NCBI GenBank assembly: GCA_000934665.2
Contig: KZ538388.1
Span: forward strand, 55,894 to 75,893
Direction: 5' to 3'
Source of the DNA: Catajapyx aquilonaris
Lineage: Eukaryota
Length of the DNA stretch: 20,000 nucleotides
Both the position numbers and the translations under genes were made by a program. The notes below the pieces were generated by a model, which was not told the DNA's origin, made no database searches, and was given only the letters and a program-made list of their open reading frames with translations. Within the stretch, counting starts at the first letter, position 1; each line of letters begins with the position of its first letter. Shown in pieces: positions 19,831 through 20,000 of the stretch.

Positions 19831-20000
19831 TTTTTTTTTTCCCCTCCCTCTCTCGTCTCGGAGCATAGTTTTCTTTTTCTTTCTTCCCCGACACCGTTTA
19901 TCACCGCATATCTTCCCTTTTGCAATCAACAGGAATAAATAAACAGCTTGCTGGGAAGTGCATTACTTTTTTTTTTTTCTTCTGCCGAGCCGATGCTTAC

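Overview
Eukaryotic genomic DNA, very probably from an insect (inferred from the protein sequence and the SINE type). The window holds the 3' portion of a spliced prominin / prominin-like (CD133-family pentaspan membrane glycoprotein) gene on the + strand. Twelve phase-consistent GT-AG exons run from 3106 to 15442 and encode about 609 aa, covering TM3-TM5, the second large extracellular loop and a Tyr/Pro-rich cytoplasmic tail. The 5' exons lie upstream of the window. The introns and downstream flank are packed with non-autonomous DNA transposons: piggyBac-like, Kolobok/T2-like, PIF/Harbinger-like and Tc1/mariner-like MITEs, plus large foldback elements. There are also decayed mariner/DD41D transposase remnants, a tRNA-derived SINE with a 14-bp TSD and (ATT)n tail, and a tRNA-Met-like sequence. 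Most ORFs in the six-frame track are spurious. I see no clear new multi-gene system. The most unusual items are a G.U-biased ~330-nt rod-like intronic hairpin, a nested foldback element showing arm-to-arm copying, and a modular phase-2 exon architecture in the prominin tail.
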